Shown here: piece by piece, positions 35,679 to 45,918 of the stretch | How the letters are laid out: every line of letters starts with the position of its first letter | Position numbering within the stretch: the stretch's first letter is position 1 | IMG/VR virus record: IMGVR_UViG_3300009104_002038 | Location: 1 to 52,331 of that record | Source: a virus | Taxonomy: Duplodnaviria > Caudoviricetes | Length of the DNA stretch: 52,331 nucleotides | Reading direction: 5' to 3' (one strand) | The notes under the pieces: model-generated | Seen by the model: only the letters and a program-made list of their open reading frames with translations | Told to the model about the DNA's origin: nothing | Database searches by the model: none | Made by a program: the position numbers and the translations under genes

Positions 35679-35724
35679 CTTATATTAGAATACACTTGTT
35701 TCGGTGTATGGCAGACTTTAAATT

Positions 35725-38139
35725 TTAATTTACTTTAAAGGAAATATCTCGATCTTTTACAAAAAATTGAAAATTGGACTGTCCTTTTTGATCTTTTTTA
35801 AAATAATAATTTACTATTTGATCCTCTATCTTGGCTTGAATGAGTCGCCTTAGGGGTCGGGCACCCATCTTTTCGTCGGCTGCTTCCGAACAAATAAATT
35901 CTCGGGCATCTTCGGAAACTTTTATGTAAATCTTTTTTTTGCGCAATTTTTTTGATAATTCTTTTATATTATAATTAAATATTGAAACAAGGTCTTTTTT
36001 TTCTAAATGATTGAATACTATTATATCGTCTAGTCGATTAACTAGTTCGGGGCTAAGGGTCTTTTTGGCCAAGTCTTTTATCTTGGATGAATTCAAATCG
36101 GAAGATTGAGAAAAACCAAGGGATCCTTTAGTGGAGATATCTGACCCAATATTACTAGTTAATATAATAATGCAGTCCTTAAAGTATGCCTTTTGCCCGC
36201 TTTTATCTTCAAGTTCGCCCTCTTCTAGAATTTGAAGCAATAATTGCTGTACCTCAGGGTGGGATTTCTCGATCTCATCAAAAAGCAAAACGCTGTGAGG
36301 CTTTTTCTTTAGGCTCTCGATAAGAATGCCGCCCTCTTCGTACCCCACGTAGCCTGGGGCGGCCCCAACGAGCTTTGATGACGAAATCTTTTCGGAATAC
36401 TCCGACATATCTAGGCGTAATAGATTTTTTTCACTACCAAAATAATGTAGCGCCAATTGTTTTGCCGTCCATGTCTTTCCCACTCCGGTGGATCCTAAAA
36501 GTAGAAATGACCCAATTGGTTTTTCGGGAGACTTTAACCCTATTTTTGCACGAAGAATACACTTATGTATTGAAGCAACTGCATCTTCCTGGTTTATTAT
36601 AAAGCGCCGAAGTCGTCGTAGTAATAAAAGGGATTTTTTATCTTTTTCGTGAATTAGATTTTCTCTTGGAATCTTTGATTTAGACGAGATGATATCGACA
36701 ATATCATCCTCGGTCACTTTTACTATGTTCTGGGAAGACCACTCATGCATTAAGCGGTCATACTCAGACATAAGGGAAATCTCCTGCTCGGGAGAAGGGT
36801 TGTCGGAGTCCATAAGCTTGTAAAGCTTAGTCTCTATCTCTACCACTGCGGGAGGGGGAGTAAGGTTTTTTATTTTTACCTTCGCACCAGCTTCATCTAA
36901 AATATCAATCGCTTTGTCTGGGAAATTTTTGCTAGGCAAGTATATATCCGCAAAAGAGATTATTTTCCGCAATAAAGGGAGTGAATATTTTACGCCGTGG
37001 AAAGACTCGTAAGATTTTTTTAGCCCCTTTAGGATTTGTAAAGTTTCCTCCGCTGAAGGCTCTTCCAGAGTTAAGACCTCAAAGCGGCGCGCTAAAGCAA
37101 TATCTTTTTCGATGCTTTTTTTGTATTCGGAAAAGGTGGTTGCTCCAATTAGTTTTAATTCACCGCGAGCCAGCGCTGGCTTTAGGATATTCGCCGCATC
37201 CATAGTTCCCTCGGCGCTCCCGGCCCCGACGAGAGTGTGTATTTCATCTATAAATAAAATTATCCGCTTGTTATCGGAGCATTCTTTCACGAGAGACTTG
37301 AGTCGAGCCTCAAACTGACCTCTATATTTAGTGCCGGCAATCATGGACGCAAGATCTACGGCATAAATATCCATTCCATTGAGAAAGGCGGGGGCGCTCC
37401 CGTTGACAATCCTTTGCGCAATACCTTCTACGACCGCAGTTTTACCAATCCCCGGATCCCCAAGTATTAAGGGGTTGTTCTTGGTCTTTCTACCTAAAAT
37501 CTCCCAAATACGAGAGCTTTCAGAATCCTTCCCTATAACGTTTGGAAGGGACCCTGAACGAGCCAAGGAGCTTAGATTTACAGCAAAAGAAGACAAGGCC
37601 TTTGGAGGGGGAGATGCAGATGAAGGCTTCTCGTAAACCATAGCGTCATCAGCAACCGTTCGACGAGAGCGAAAAAGGGAATCTTGATTTCTCAACAAAA
37701 TAATGAAAGCCTCCAGAACGCCAGAAGGACTAAGTCGATGCGAGTATAAAAATTGTGCCGCAGTCCCGTCTGGGACATTTAGTAATGCAAAAAAAATATG
37801 CTCTACTCCTATGTGAGCATGACCTAAGGTATTGGCAAACTCACAAGCTTTGCTTAGGGTGGATTTAAATGAGGAATTATACCGGCTCCCTCCGGATGGA
37901 TTATCGCCTGGCGTCTCATCAAGGGAATCCGCAATGATTACGAAATCAATAAAATCCTCTATTTGAAGCCCAAACCTATCCAAAAACTCATGAACAAAAG
38001 ACCCCCCGTGGCGCAATAACACCACCAATAAATGAGATGAAGTTACCGTAGGATGATTAAGTTCTCTGGCCCACAACTTAGATTCTAAGATAAGTTGCTG
38101 AGATTTAGGCGTAAAGTTAGGAGTAATGGACATACCCAT
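35725..38139 (-). CDS. clpC: ClpC/ClpA-family AAA+ chaperone
   Basis: Clp_N repeats, GDPGIGKT, GTKYRGQFE, GSTGVGKT, DMSEY, GYVGYEEGG, SLGF ClpP loop, MGARPLRR. Confidence 0.9.
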   Translation of the reverse strand: MGMSITPNFTPKSQQLILESKLWARELNHPTVTSSHLLVVLLRHGGSFVHEFLDRFGLQIEDFIDFVIIADSLDETPGDNPSGGSRYNSSFKSTLSKACEFANTLGHAHIGVEHIFFALLNVPDGTAAQFLYSHRLSPSGVLEAFIILLRNQDSLFRSRRTVADDAMVYEKPSSASPPPKALSSFAVNLSSLARSGSLPNVIGKDSESSRIWEILGRKTKNNPLILGDPGIGKTAVVEGIAQRIVNGSAPAFLNGMDIYAVDLASMIAGTKYRGQFEARLKSLVKECSDNKRIILFIDEIHTLVGAGSAEGTMDAANILKPALARGELKLIGATTFSEYKKSIEKDIALARRFEVLTLEEPSAEETLQILKGLKKSYESFHGVKYSLPLLRKIISFADIYLPSKNFPDKAIDILDEAGAKVKIKNLTPPPAVVEIETKLYKLMDSDNPSPEQEISLMSEYDRLMHEWSSQNIVKVTEDDIVDIISSKSKIPRENLIHEKDKKSLLLLRRLRRFIINQEDAVASIHKCILRAKIGLKSPEKPIGSFLLLGSTGVGKTWTAKQLALHYFGSEKNLLRLDMSEYSEKISSSKLVGAAPGYVGYEEGGILIESLKKKPHSVLLFDEIEKSHPEVQQLLLQILEEGELEDKSGQKAYFKDCIIILTSNIGSDISTKGSLGFSQSSDLNSSKIKDLAKKTLSPELVNRLDDIIVFNHLEKKDLVSIFNYNIKELSKKLRKKKIYIKVSEDAREFICSEAADEKMGARPLRRLIQAKIEDQIVNYYFKKDQKGQSNFQFFVKDRDISFKVN

Positions 38140-38149
38140 AATATTACAC

Positions 38150-40732
38150 TCAAGAGCTTACGTCGCGAAGCTTCATGAAAATCCTATCATCAACTACATT
38201 AAGGTTGTCCACAAAGATAGAATCTCCATCACCGCTTTTTGTTCCTGTGATCGTAACTATATTGCCCTCCTTGGGAGCTTTGTGAATATCTAGGTAGTTG
38301 GTACATTTTTTATCGTTAGCCCTGTCGCATAAAATAGCAGACACTGTCCCGAACTCATCCTCAAGGGAAAGCCTCATATAAGAATTTCCATTACGAGAAA
38401 CTTCCTTAGAATATTCAGAGACTGAGAAAATATATTTAGCTGACTGACGCGGATCCAAGGACTTGAAGTGAAGAGAGTTATGGGGAGGATGCGTTGGATG
38501 GTGGAAAATTTTAGATAGTTCTTGGGAATAGCTAAAGCCGAGCAACTGTTTTTCAAAATACCAATTCGCGAAAGACGGCCACTGTGCATTTTTAAGGTAA
38601 ATTTGCTTGTAGCCTTCGTATTTCTTTTTAAAAGTATTATACCTAGACTCTTTCATTAATGGCTTTCCATCGTCCCCAATAAGAGAAAAGTCAGAACCCT
38701 TAATTAGTTTGATGGCCTGAAATAATGAGCAATCCTCTTGCGAGGTAAAGGCTATAAAGTTTCGTTTTTCACGCTCAGTAAGAATGTTGAATGATTGAGC
38801 CTCAAGAACTAGCTTGCATCTATTTTCAGACGAAGCATCACTAAGGGCCCCGGCCTGAATAAGGGCAGAAAGAACCCCAATATTTAGACCGGCATCTTTC
38901 GCAGCTAAAAACAAGTCAAATTTATTGGAGTTGTCTTCATTGCGAAAACGACGTAGGGCAGACAAGGATTTTTGACTAATGCCTTTGATACTGCTCAAGC
39001 CATATCGTATATTGGGGCCCTCTAAAGAGAAATCCATTTTAGATTTAATTAAATTAGGCGGCAAGAGCCTTATGTCGAAATGTGGAAGTTCTTGGCTAAT
39101 TTTAGAGACTTCGGTTTGAGGGCTGGGCTCAAACTGCGTCATGCGGAGCAACGACAAAAAGAAATCTTGAGGAAAGGAGAACTTGAGATAAGTAGTCCAG
39201 GCAGCTAAGGTCGCATAAGAAATAGAGTGAGATTTATTAAACGAATAGTTCGCGCTATCCTCGGCAACGCTCCAAAGAACCTCCCCAATTTCAGGATCAA
39301 GCCCCTGCTCTTCAATTTTTTCCTCGATCTTTTCTTTCCATATTGGAATGTCGTCCACCTTCTTCTTCCCTACGATGCGGCGCAATTGTTCAGCTTCATC
39401 AAGGGTGAACCCAATGGCAACAGCCATTTTCATTAACTGTTCTTGATATAAAGGTATCCCTCCCGTATACCCCAGAACTTCATCAAAAAAAGTATGAACG
39501 CTCTGAGATGTATTGGTCGCACAATATGTGGAATAAGCCTCCATGAAATCGAGCGCCCCAGGACGTGCAATAGCCATTACGGCGCTAAGCTCCTCAAGAT
39601 CCTTAGGCTTTACACTTCGACACACCTTTAGGTCGGTATGGGCCTCTATTTGGAAAAGGCCGTGGGCGCACTCAAGATTGGAGAGCGGAGCATAAAGATC
39701 AGAAGACGATAAATCTATATCTATAGGATCTATTTTGAGGCGACGGCAAGTATCGTAAATGACAGTCAAGGTTCTGAGCCCAAGAATATCAAACTTAACC
39801 ATGAGTTCTGAAACCCAATTCATATCGTAAGCCGTAACTAGTGCCCCATCATTAGTTAACTGTAGGGGGCACAACGAAGAAATGGAGGCATAAGAAATAG
39901 CAATTCCCGAAGGATGCACTCCAGAGTTTTTGTTAAGCCCCTCTATTTTCTTTGAAATCTCTATTACCCGAGAATTATCAGTCGCCCATTCTTTGAACTT
40001 TTCGCTTTGGTCTATGGACTTGGATATAGAAGCCACCTTGCCGAAAGTCTTAGGAATTAACGCAGTAACAACATTAACCGCAGCCTCGGAAAGGCTGCCG
40101 ACGATTTTCCCGCATTCTCTAATGCAAAGCTTGCTGCTTAATGTGTTTAGGGTAAGAATTTTAGCTGTACGACCTGGATATTTTTTGTCAATATATTCAG
40201 TAACCTTATGTCGATGCGCATAGCAGATGTCATTGTCCACATCAGCCAATAAACTTCCATCCAAATATGTTACACCGGCATCCTCGATTTTTCGAGCACG
40301 ACTTTGACTTACAAATCTCTCAAAAAACAGATCGTGCTTAATAGGGTCTATCTGCGTAACCCCGATAAGGTAAAGAACCAAAGAGCCAGCAGCCGAACCG
40401 CGCCCAGGACCAGTAGGAATACCGTTAGAGTGACAAAAATCAAGAACATCCCAATTGAGTAAAATATAATCCACAAACCCCAAGTCCCGAAGAGTGTCGA
40501 GCTCGCTCTTGACTCTTTCATAGTATTTAGTCTTCTGATCATCTTTGTCAATTCCCTTGTCTTTAACCCCTTTTAGGCACAAATGCCTTAAGAAATCATA
40601 GTTGGAGCTAGTGTTGGGGATGCCTAGAGCTTTATATTGCGATGGATCAATCGTTATGCGGGGCAGTCGAACTCCCGGGGGAATACAGTCGGTGTATTCC
40701 TTGAAATCCTCTATAAAATCAATCGATTGCAC
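38150..40732 (-). CDS. dnaE: DNA polymerase III alpha subunit core (no PHP domain)
   Basis: GPGRGSAAGS, FERF, DVDND, HPSG, KFDILGL, YQEQ, YSFNKSH, C-terminal OB fold. Confidence 0.93.
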   Translation of the reverse strand: MQSIDFIEDFKEYTDCIPPGVRLPRITIDPSQYKALGIPNTSSNYDFLRHLCLKGVKDKGIDKDDQKTKYYERVKSELDTLRDLGFVDYILLNWDVLDFCHSNGIPTGPGRGSAAGSLVLYLIGVTQIDPIKHDLFFERFVSQSRARKIEDAGVTYLDGSLLADVDNDICYAHRHKVTEYIDKKYPGRTAKILTLNTLSSKLCIRECGKIVGSLSEAAVNVVTALIPKTFGKVASISKSIDQSEKFKEWATDNSRVIEISKKIEGLNKNSGVHPSGIAISYASISSLCPLQLTNDGALVTAYDMNWVSELMVKFDILGLRTLTVIYDTCRRLKIDPIDIDLSSSDLYAPLSNLECAHGLFQIEAHTDLKVCRSVKPKDLEELSAVMAIARPGALDFMEAYSTYCATNTSQSVHTFFDEVLGYTGGIPLYQEQLMKMAVAIGFTLDEAEQLRRIVGKKKVDDIPIWKEKIEEKIEEQGLDPEIGEVLWSVAEDSANYSFNKSHSISYATLAAWTTYLKFSFPQDFFLSLLRMTQFEPSPQTEVSKISQELPHFDIRLLPPNLIKSKMDFSLEGPNIRYGLSSIKGISQKSLSALRRFRNEDNSNKFDLFLAAKDAGLNIGVLSALIQAGALSDASSENRCKLVLEAQSFNILTEREKRNFIAFTSQEDCSLFQAIKLIKGSDFSLIGDDGKPLMKESRYNTFKKKYEGYKQIYLKNAQWPSFANWYFEKQLLGFSYSQELSKIFHHPTHPPHNSLHFKSLDPRQSAKYIFSVSEYSKEVSRNGNSYMRLSLEDEFGTVSAILCDRANDKKCTNYLDIHKAPKEGNIVTITGTKSGDGDSIFVDNLNVVDDRIFMKLRDVSS

Positions 40733-40970
40733 TGCAATGAATGTCCTTGTATGTATCTAGGGCAATTTCGTTCAGCTTAATTTTGTCAAGCTTACGTAGT
40801 AGGCCCGAAGTCATCTCAGGATTGGAGTTCCAATAAGACGGGGGCTGAGATAAAACACTAGAGGCAATATCTAATGTCTCTGACCGCAAATCGGAGATTC
40901 CGGCCTGATAGATATCAAGCGCATCCGAAGAGGTTTTTCCGCCCTTTAATTTTATAGTTCTATCTTCCAT
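40719..40970 (-). CDS. hypothetical protein
   Basis: ORF overlapping both neighbours. Confidence 0.55.
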   Translation of the reverse strand: MEDRTIKLKGGKTSSDALDIYQAGISDLRSETLDIASSVLSQPPSYWNSNPEMTSGLLRKLDKIKLNEIALDTYKDIHCSAID

Positions 40971-41593
40971 AGCATTTTTTCGAAAATTTCATAATTTTTC
41001 TGGATATCATATAGTGCGTCATGTAGTTTGGAGGAATCAAGGTCAACCTCGTATTTCTTGCAGCAAGCCCCAAGACTTAAGCGCATCCCTCTTTCCCTGA
41101 AGGAATTTAATTTGAATTGCCATGGGAGTAAGTCGTCGCCATCATTTATTTTTATATCTTTTTCTATTGCCTTGGCCAAACATAGAGTGTCGAGGCATTC
41201 ACTTAAGTAAGAGTAGTCGGTAGAGCGCCCCAAAAGCCTCCTGAAAATATTATGTATATAAATATCAAACCCTAAAATATTATGCCCTAGTTTAATATAC
41301 TTTTTATTATATAAATATTTTTCAAAATGGTCAAGAACTTTTTTTGCGGGAAGCGCTCTTTTTTTATACTTAGAGTCCGAAAATCCGGTAACTCTGCGGG
41401 CGCCGTCAGAGAGATTTAGGTCTTCCCAGAAAATATAGTAGTCTTGGGATTCCAGTAACTTACCGCCTTGGTAGATTGAGAAAGCTAACTGCCATGGTTT
41501 GTTATCTTTGGACGCTAAATTTAAATTGCACGTCTCGAAATCAAATACCATGTATTTTTGTTTCTTATTAAATCTAAGCAATTCTTCGTTCAT
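40952..41593 (-). CDS. DEDDh 3'-5' exonuclease (DnaQ/epsilon-like)
   Basis: FDFET, GHNILGFD, LDT, HDALYD. Confidence 0.88.
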   Translation of the reverse strand: MNEELLRFNKKQKYMVFDFETCNLNLASKDNKPWQLAFSIYQGGKLLESQDYYIFWEDLNLSDGARRVTGFSDSKYKKRALPAKKVLDHFEKYLYNKKYIKLGHNILGFDIYIHNIFRRLLGRSTDYSYLSECLDTLCLAKAIEKDIKINDGDDLLPWQFKLNSFRERGMRLSLGACCKKYEVDLDSSKLHDALYDIQKNYEIFEKMLWKIEL

Positions 41594-41757
41594 TCTATTC
41601 CAAATGTTTTTTTTAGGTCTTCAATTAGATTAACTTTTTTTCCTGATGGGAGAGCTAAGTATTCTTTTTTTAGTCTACGCAGAAGCCTTTTATGTTCCGG
41701 ATTGGAAGCATCATAATTTATTATCTTCTTAATTTTTTGTAATTGTTTTTTGTTCAC
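41590..41757 (-). CDS. small basic hypothetical protein (not in ORF track)
   Basis: GTGA and ATGA overlaps with both neighbours. Confidence 0.5.
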   Translation of the reverse strand: MNKKQLQKIKKIINYDASNPEHKRLLRRLKKEYLALPSGKKVNLIEDLKKTFGIE

Positions 41758-42761
41758 ACCTTGATATGATGGACGTGACGAAAGGCAGAAAGATCTGACC
41801 CTCCCGCATAGCTAATGGCACTCTTAAGGTCTTCCTCTATCTCTAACAACTTCATTTCAAGGGTGAGGCCGCAAGAAGGAACGTTCTTGAGGGTGCCCTC
41901 TATATGGGTTCGCGTTTTTTTATTTTCAAAACTGGCTGATCCGTAGTATGCTTTATGCATGACTCCATCGATTTCTATAGAGGCCGAAGGACTATCGGAG
42001 CAGCAAGCGAAAAGGCCCCCCGCCATTACGAGATCAGCACCCGCAACCAAGGCCTTCGCAATGTCTCCGTTGCACCTGATTCCCCCATCTGCGATAATTG
42101 GAATTCTACTTCCCGAGTTAAACTCTTCTAGGGCTTCATAACATTTGGAGCATTCTTGAACGCAACTGAACATAGGGTAGGTGAAACCCGTCTTGTCTTT
42201 AGTGGTGCAAGGACTCCCTTGGCCTATGCCCACTTTGACATAATCAGCCCCCCAGCTTCTAAGGGAGACAACCGCTGGGGGAGTGGCAACATTGCCGGCA
42301 ATAATACAAACCTCGTCCCCCAAATTTTTACGCACGAAAGCAAGCATGTCGCGCATTAAACTGCAATGTCCATGTGCAATGTCAATTGTAATGATATCCA
42401 CGCGAGCGCCAGACGCCCTAATATTTTCTACAACTTCTCGGTCTTGAGGTTTTACGCCTAGACTGACGGAAACAACGCGCCAACTTTCGCGATTGGCATT
42501 TTCAATAAAATTCTGGATATCAATGTCAAATCGATGCATGGAGTATAGATACCCGTTCTCACTTAGCCATTTGCACTGACGTTCGTCGACCACCGCCTTC
42601 ATATTAGAAGGCATGACTGGAAGCTTAAATGTCATGGCGTTGCTAGACTCAATGGCCTCCTTGTTGTCTGGAAGAATGGTTTCAGTAGAGCACATGGAGC
42701 GACTTGTACATTCGCTATAACTGGGTAGCAAGCTAACGTCGGAATATTTAAGCGCTCTCAT
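41754..42761 (-). CDS. guaC: GMP reductase
   Basis: SNM, MHRF, IDIAHGH, AGNV, KVGIGQGSPCTTK, IIADGGI, YYGSAS. Confidence 0.9.
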   Translation of the reverse strand: MRALKYSDVSLLPSYSECTSRSMCSTETILPDNKEAIESSNAMTFKLPVMPSNMKAVVDERQCKWLSENGYLYSMHRFDIDIQNFIENANRESWRVVSVSLGVKPQDREVVENIRASGARVDIITIDIAHGHCSLMRDMLAFVRKNLGDEVCIIAGNVATPPAVVSLRSWGADYVKVGIGQGSPCTTKDKTGFTYPMFSCVQECSKCYEALEEFNSGSRIPIIADGGIRCNGDIAKALVAGADLVMAGGLFACCSDSPSASIEIDGVMHKAYYGSASFENKKTRTHIEGTLKNVPSCGLTLEMKLLEIEEDLKSAISYAGGSDLSAFRHVHHIKV

Positions 42762-43527
42762 ATTTATCTAAATAACTTTCCCAGCAAAACTGGTTGCTCC
42801 CCATATGGTCAAGGTTTGGCTTCTCTAGAGATGAGGAACGATTAGAAAAGGTGTTGCGCCCACATATGAGTTTGTAGGCTAAATATGCATCAAAGTCAGC
42901 TTTATTCTTGTAATAAATTGATTGAGTTTGTTCTAATTTGAAATCGTTTGACGAACAATATAACTCAACGGCGCCCCTAACCATCCCGTCTACTGGTAAG
43001 CCGTTATCCTCGATAAAAAAGGTTGGATTAGTAAAAGAAAAGTTTGGAACGCAAGCATTAAAGCTAGTAAGATTTTTAAAAATAAAAGAGTCATAAAAAG
43101 GTATGGCGAGGCGAAGATTGTCTTCGTTCCATAACTCGGAGAGTAGGCGCAAATCTAAGCGTCCCGAATGCTTTGTATGAGCAGCGGTATAAATTGCATT
43201 CAAGTCTATGCATCCGTTAGAATTTTTGGGAAAAACTATAATTTTATGACTACATTCATTGATGGAGTCAGGCCCCGCATCAACATTTTGACAAACATCA
43301 AAACGGAGACCAAAAATAAAATGAATACCTGCTTCTGAGGCATTTTTTCGACCCTCGAGAAAACCCATAAAGCTATCTTCGACTACCACCACCTTGGATA
43401 ACCCATGATCCTCCGCAATATCGAAAATAGAAACTGGGCCTTCTGGGGAACTATTCGAAGATGGAGGGTTGAGGGTAAGGATAGATCTTCCTATGGAGTA
43501 ATGGCTCTTGAATAAAGGAATCGTCAC
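42748..43527 (-). CDS. stand-alone PHP domain of DNA polymerase III alpha
   Basis: PLFKSHYSIGRSIL resembles the DnaE N-terminus HxHS.YS; VVED..G; KN..G..DL. Confidence 0.7.
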   Translation of the reverse strand: MTIPLFKSHYSIGRSILTLNPPSSNSSPEGPVSIFDIAEDHGLSKVVVVEDSFMGFLEGRKNASEAGIHFIFGLRFDVCQNVDAGPDSINECSHKIIVFPKNSNGCIDLNAIYTAAHTKHSGRLDLRLLSELWNEDNLRLAIPFYDSFIFKNLTSFNACVPNFSFTNPTFFIEDNGLPVDGMVRGAVELYCSSNDFKLEQTQSIYYKNKADFDAYLAYKLICGRNTFSNRSSSLEKPNLDHMGSNQFCWESYLDKYESA

Positions 43528-43563
43528 TCCATCACCTTATCAGAAAAAAGGCTTTTCGTCAAG

Positions 43564-44727
43564 TCATTTTTTGCATCTTTCTATAAAATGCTCTGCAATT
43601 CCGCCCTCTTCAAGGTATTCTTCCATTTCTTCAAGTAATTTATTTCGGATATCCCGTATTTCGGGAGGCAAATCTTCCTCTTTGATTTGGGAGTAGCTCA
43701 TTGTAGCGGCTATCAATAGAAGAATCGCCAGTGGATCAAAAACAAAGATTAAAGTAATGATGACTATTCGGATGGCCTCCGCGACCTGCACATCAAATCC
43801 ACCCCAATCCCGAATGGCGTTCGCCACATACATAATAGGCCCAATTTCCACCTCTAACAGCCTCAGTGCCTCCCCATACTTAAATTTTTCCTCCTCAAGG
43901 AGGGAGATTTTATCGTGGGTAGACTCGATTTCAAGGCGGTAAGAATTTATTTTGTCGTCAAAAACTCCAACCTCCTCTTTGCCTGCACTTGCAGCATCAA
44001 TTTGGGAGCGAGTTTCATTGATCTGTGCAGCAGCAGTATCCCGAAGGGATTGAATTTTTTCCTCTGAGGATAGCTTTCGAGACAATAAGCTATCGCGCTC
44101 TTTTTTCTGACCCTTGATTAAGTCGTTGTGCTTTTTTGAACTAGCAAAAATACCCGTAGGTTTTGAAGAGGCGAGCTCGTCGTCAAGCTCCTTTTTGCGA
44201 GCTTCATATTTTGTTAGTAAATTTTCTTCTATTTGTATATTGGATTCTAGCTCTTCTTTTATTTTGGTTATTCTATCTTCGAGGCGCTCTATTGTTTCGT
44301 CTTTATTGTCTGTAGAGTTATTTTGTTGGCCATCCAGGTTTTGTATGGCTTCGGTTTTGCGAGATATAAAGTCCTTGTGGCGCGATATTTGACCATCCAA
44401 TTGAGCTATCATGGCCTGCTCCTTTTCTATTGAAGCTCCATGCTCAACGTGAGAACGCGAAAGAAACCCAAAGATGCCCATACTAGTGATGCCGCACAAT
44501 ATTAACACCGCCACCAAAAGATAGGCCCTAATAAACTTAAATGCAGTATCCCAATTCTTATGAAGCCAGACAGCTGCAACTAATTTCCCCACTTCCAACA
44601 CACTGCCCATTACGACAATGGCTTCGGTAGAACCAGGAAACATAGTGGCGAGACCTATTATGCTGAAATAGGCAGCAGTCAAGGAGATAGCAATGGCCGA
44701 AATAAAGATGATGATTACTGCAAACAT
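43564..44727 (-). CDS. membrane coiled-coil phage protein
   Basis: 3 N-terminal TM segments, long coiled coil, IFVFDPLA C-terminal TM. Confidence 0.75.
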   Translation of the reverse strand: MFAVIIIFISAIAISLTAAYFSIIGLATMFPGSTEAIVVMGSVLEVGKLVAAVWLHKNWDTAFKFIRAYLLVAVLILCGITSMGIFGFLSRSHVEHGASIEKEQAMIAQLDGQISRHKDFISRKTEAIQNLDGQQNNSTDNKDETIERLEDRITKIKEELESNIQIEENLLTKYEARKKELDDELASSKPTGIFASSKKHNDLIKGQKKERDSLLSRKLSSEEKIQSLRDTAAAQINETRSQIDAASAGKEEVGVFDDKINSYRLEIESTHDKISLLEEEKFKYGEALRLLEVEIGPIMYVANAIRDWGGFDVQVAEAIRIVIITLIFVFDPLAILLLIAATMSYSQIKEEDLPPEIRDIRNKLLEEMEEYLEEGGIAEHFIERCKK

Positions 44728-44778
44728 ACCGGCGACTTAAATATGATTAGTGACATTCAAAGGAATGTACACTTCAAT

Positions 44779-45864
44779 TTAAAAAATGTCGGGAGTCTTT
44801 TCCTTTTCGGAATACCAATAAGGGCAACCGTCGTAATGAGAAAGTTCCAATGTTTCCCCAGCCTCTTCATTAACGGACAAAAGGCCGGACGCTTCGTCAA
44901 GAAATGACCCCAGTACCTTTCCGTCTTTATCTTTTCTTACATAATAATCCATGGGCTTTCTGTAAGGGCATATATATGCAACAACTTTATTGCCATCCTT
45001 GTCAAGCAAAGGTTTTCCTCGGTAGATCTTGTAGCCATCCTTCCCGCATTTAAGGATGCCTCCAAAAGATCCGTCCGGAGGATACCCTCTATTGCTCTGG
45101 TACTGAGTTGATGCAAAATTACTAACAGCATCATATTCATCAAAATTAGTTAAAAATTCGCTAATTTGAGTGAGATGCAACTCAAGCCCTTCAAGCTCCT
45201 CAGTAGAGATGTCCTCCATCCTTATGTTTCCAGTGGAATTAAGATCAAATTTTAAAAATAAAAATTCAACCTGGCGCTTCTTGAAGTGAGGAAAGAGCTT
45301 TTTTACCGCTAGAGTATATATCAAATCCTGAAGGTTATCAGTAACATCTTTTCCTTTGAATACTGATTTACTACTCTTGAAATCGCGAATTACTGCCAGG
45401 CTTTTGTCTTTATATAAGAAAAGCTTGTCGATAAAACCCCGAAGGCGATATAATTTTTCTCCCTCTTCAACGGTAATATCAAAATCTTGCTCTGATATAG
45501 ACTCATCTGGCTTCCCCCGGGCGTCACCAAAGAAATCAAAATGAAGCCCCGCCAAAGTCATATTGTTTATTAACTCTAGGTTGTCCGCATCATTGACCCC
45601 AAGACGTCTAGCGTGATATCCTACTAAGCGCCGCAAGGGCTCGCATAAAAAAAGAGAGTCTTTTAAGATGGCTTCATCGTAAAGGGGTTTGTGGCGAGGA
45701 TTCCCTAGGAGTTCAAATATCAAATGACAGATCCAGCCACGCTTAGAACCATCGTTTCCTGCGTCTGGAATTTTTAAGTGATAGCGCGACCAATAGCTCC
45801 AAGAGCATTCTTGCGCCGTTTTTATCCGGCTGGCGGATAGGGGTGTTGGCGTCTTTGAGTTCAT
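44779..45864 (-). CDS. PD-(D/E)XK exonuclease (Cas4/RecB-like)
   Basis: LSASRI..C, G..CH..E, GFIDKL, DFKS, Q..Y, C-terminal Cys residues. Confidence 0.8.
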   Translation of the reverse strand: MNSKTPTPLSASRIKTAQECSWSYWSRYHLKIPDAGNDGSKRGWICHLIFELLGNPRHKPLYDEAILKDSLFLCEPLRRLVGYHARRLGVNDADNLELINNMTLAGLHFDFFGDARGKPDESISEQDFDITVEEGEKLYRLRGFIDKLFLYKDKSLAVIRDFKSSKSVFKGKDVTDNLQDLIYTLAVKKLFPHFKKRQVEFLFLKFDLNSTGNIRMEDISTEELEGLELHLTQISEFLTNFDEYDAVSNFASTQYQSNRGYPPDGSFGGILKCGKDGYKIYRGKPLLDKDGNKVVAYICPYRKPMDYYVRKDKDGKVLGSFLDEASGLLSVNEEAGETLELSHYDGCPYWYSEKEKTPDIF

Positions 45865-45918
45865 ATATAGTCCACTGTAGGCTGGTTTGCGTCGAAATTT
45901 TTTTTATAGAATAAAATG

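Noticed and set aside
44779-45864. Cas4 as part of CRISPR adaptation
   Set aside because: It lies 42 kb from the arrays inside the replication module, where Cas4-like exonucleases are common in phages.
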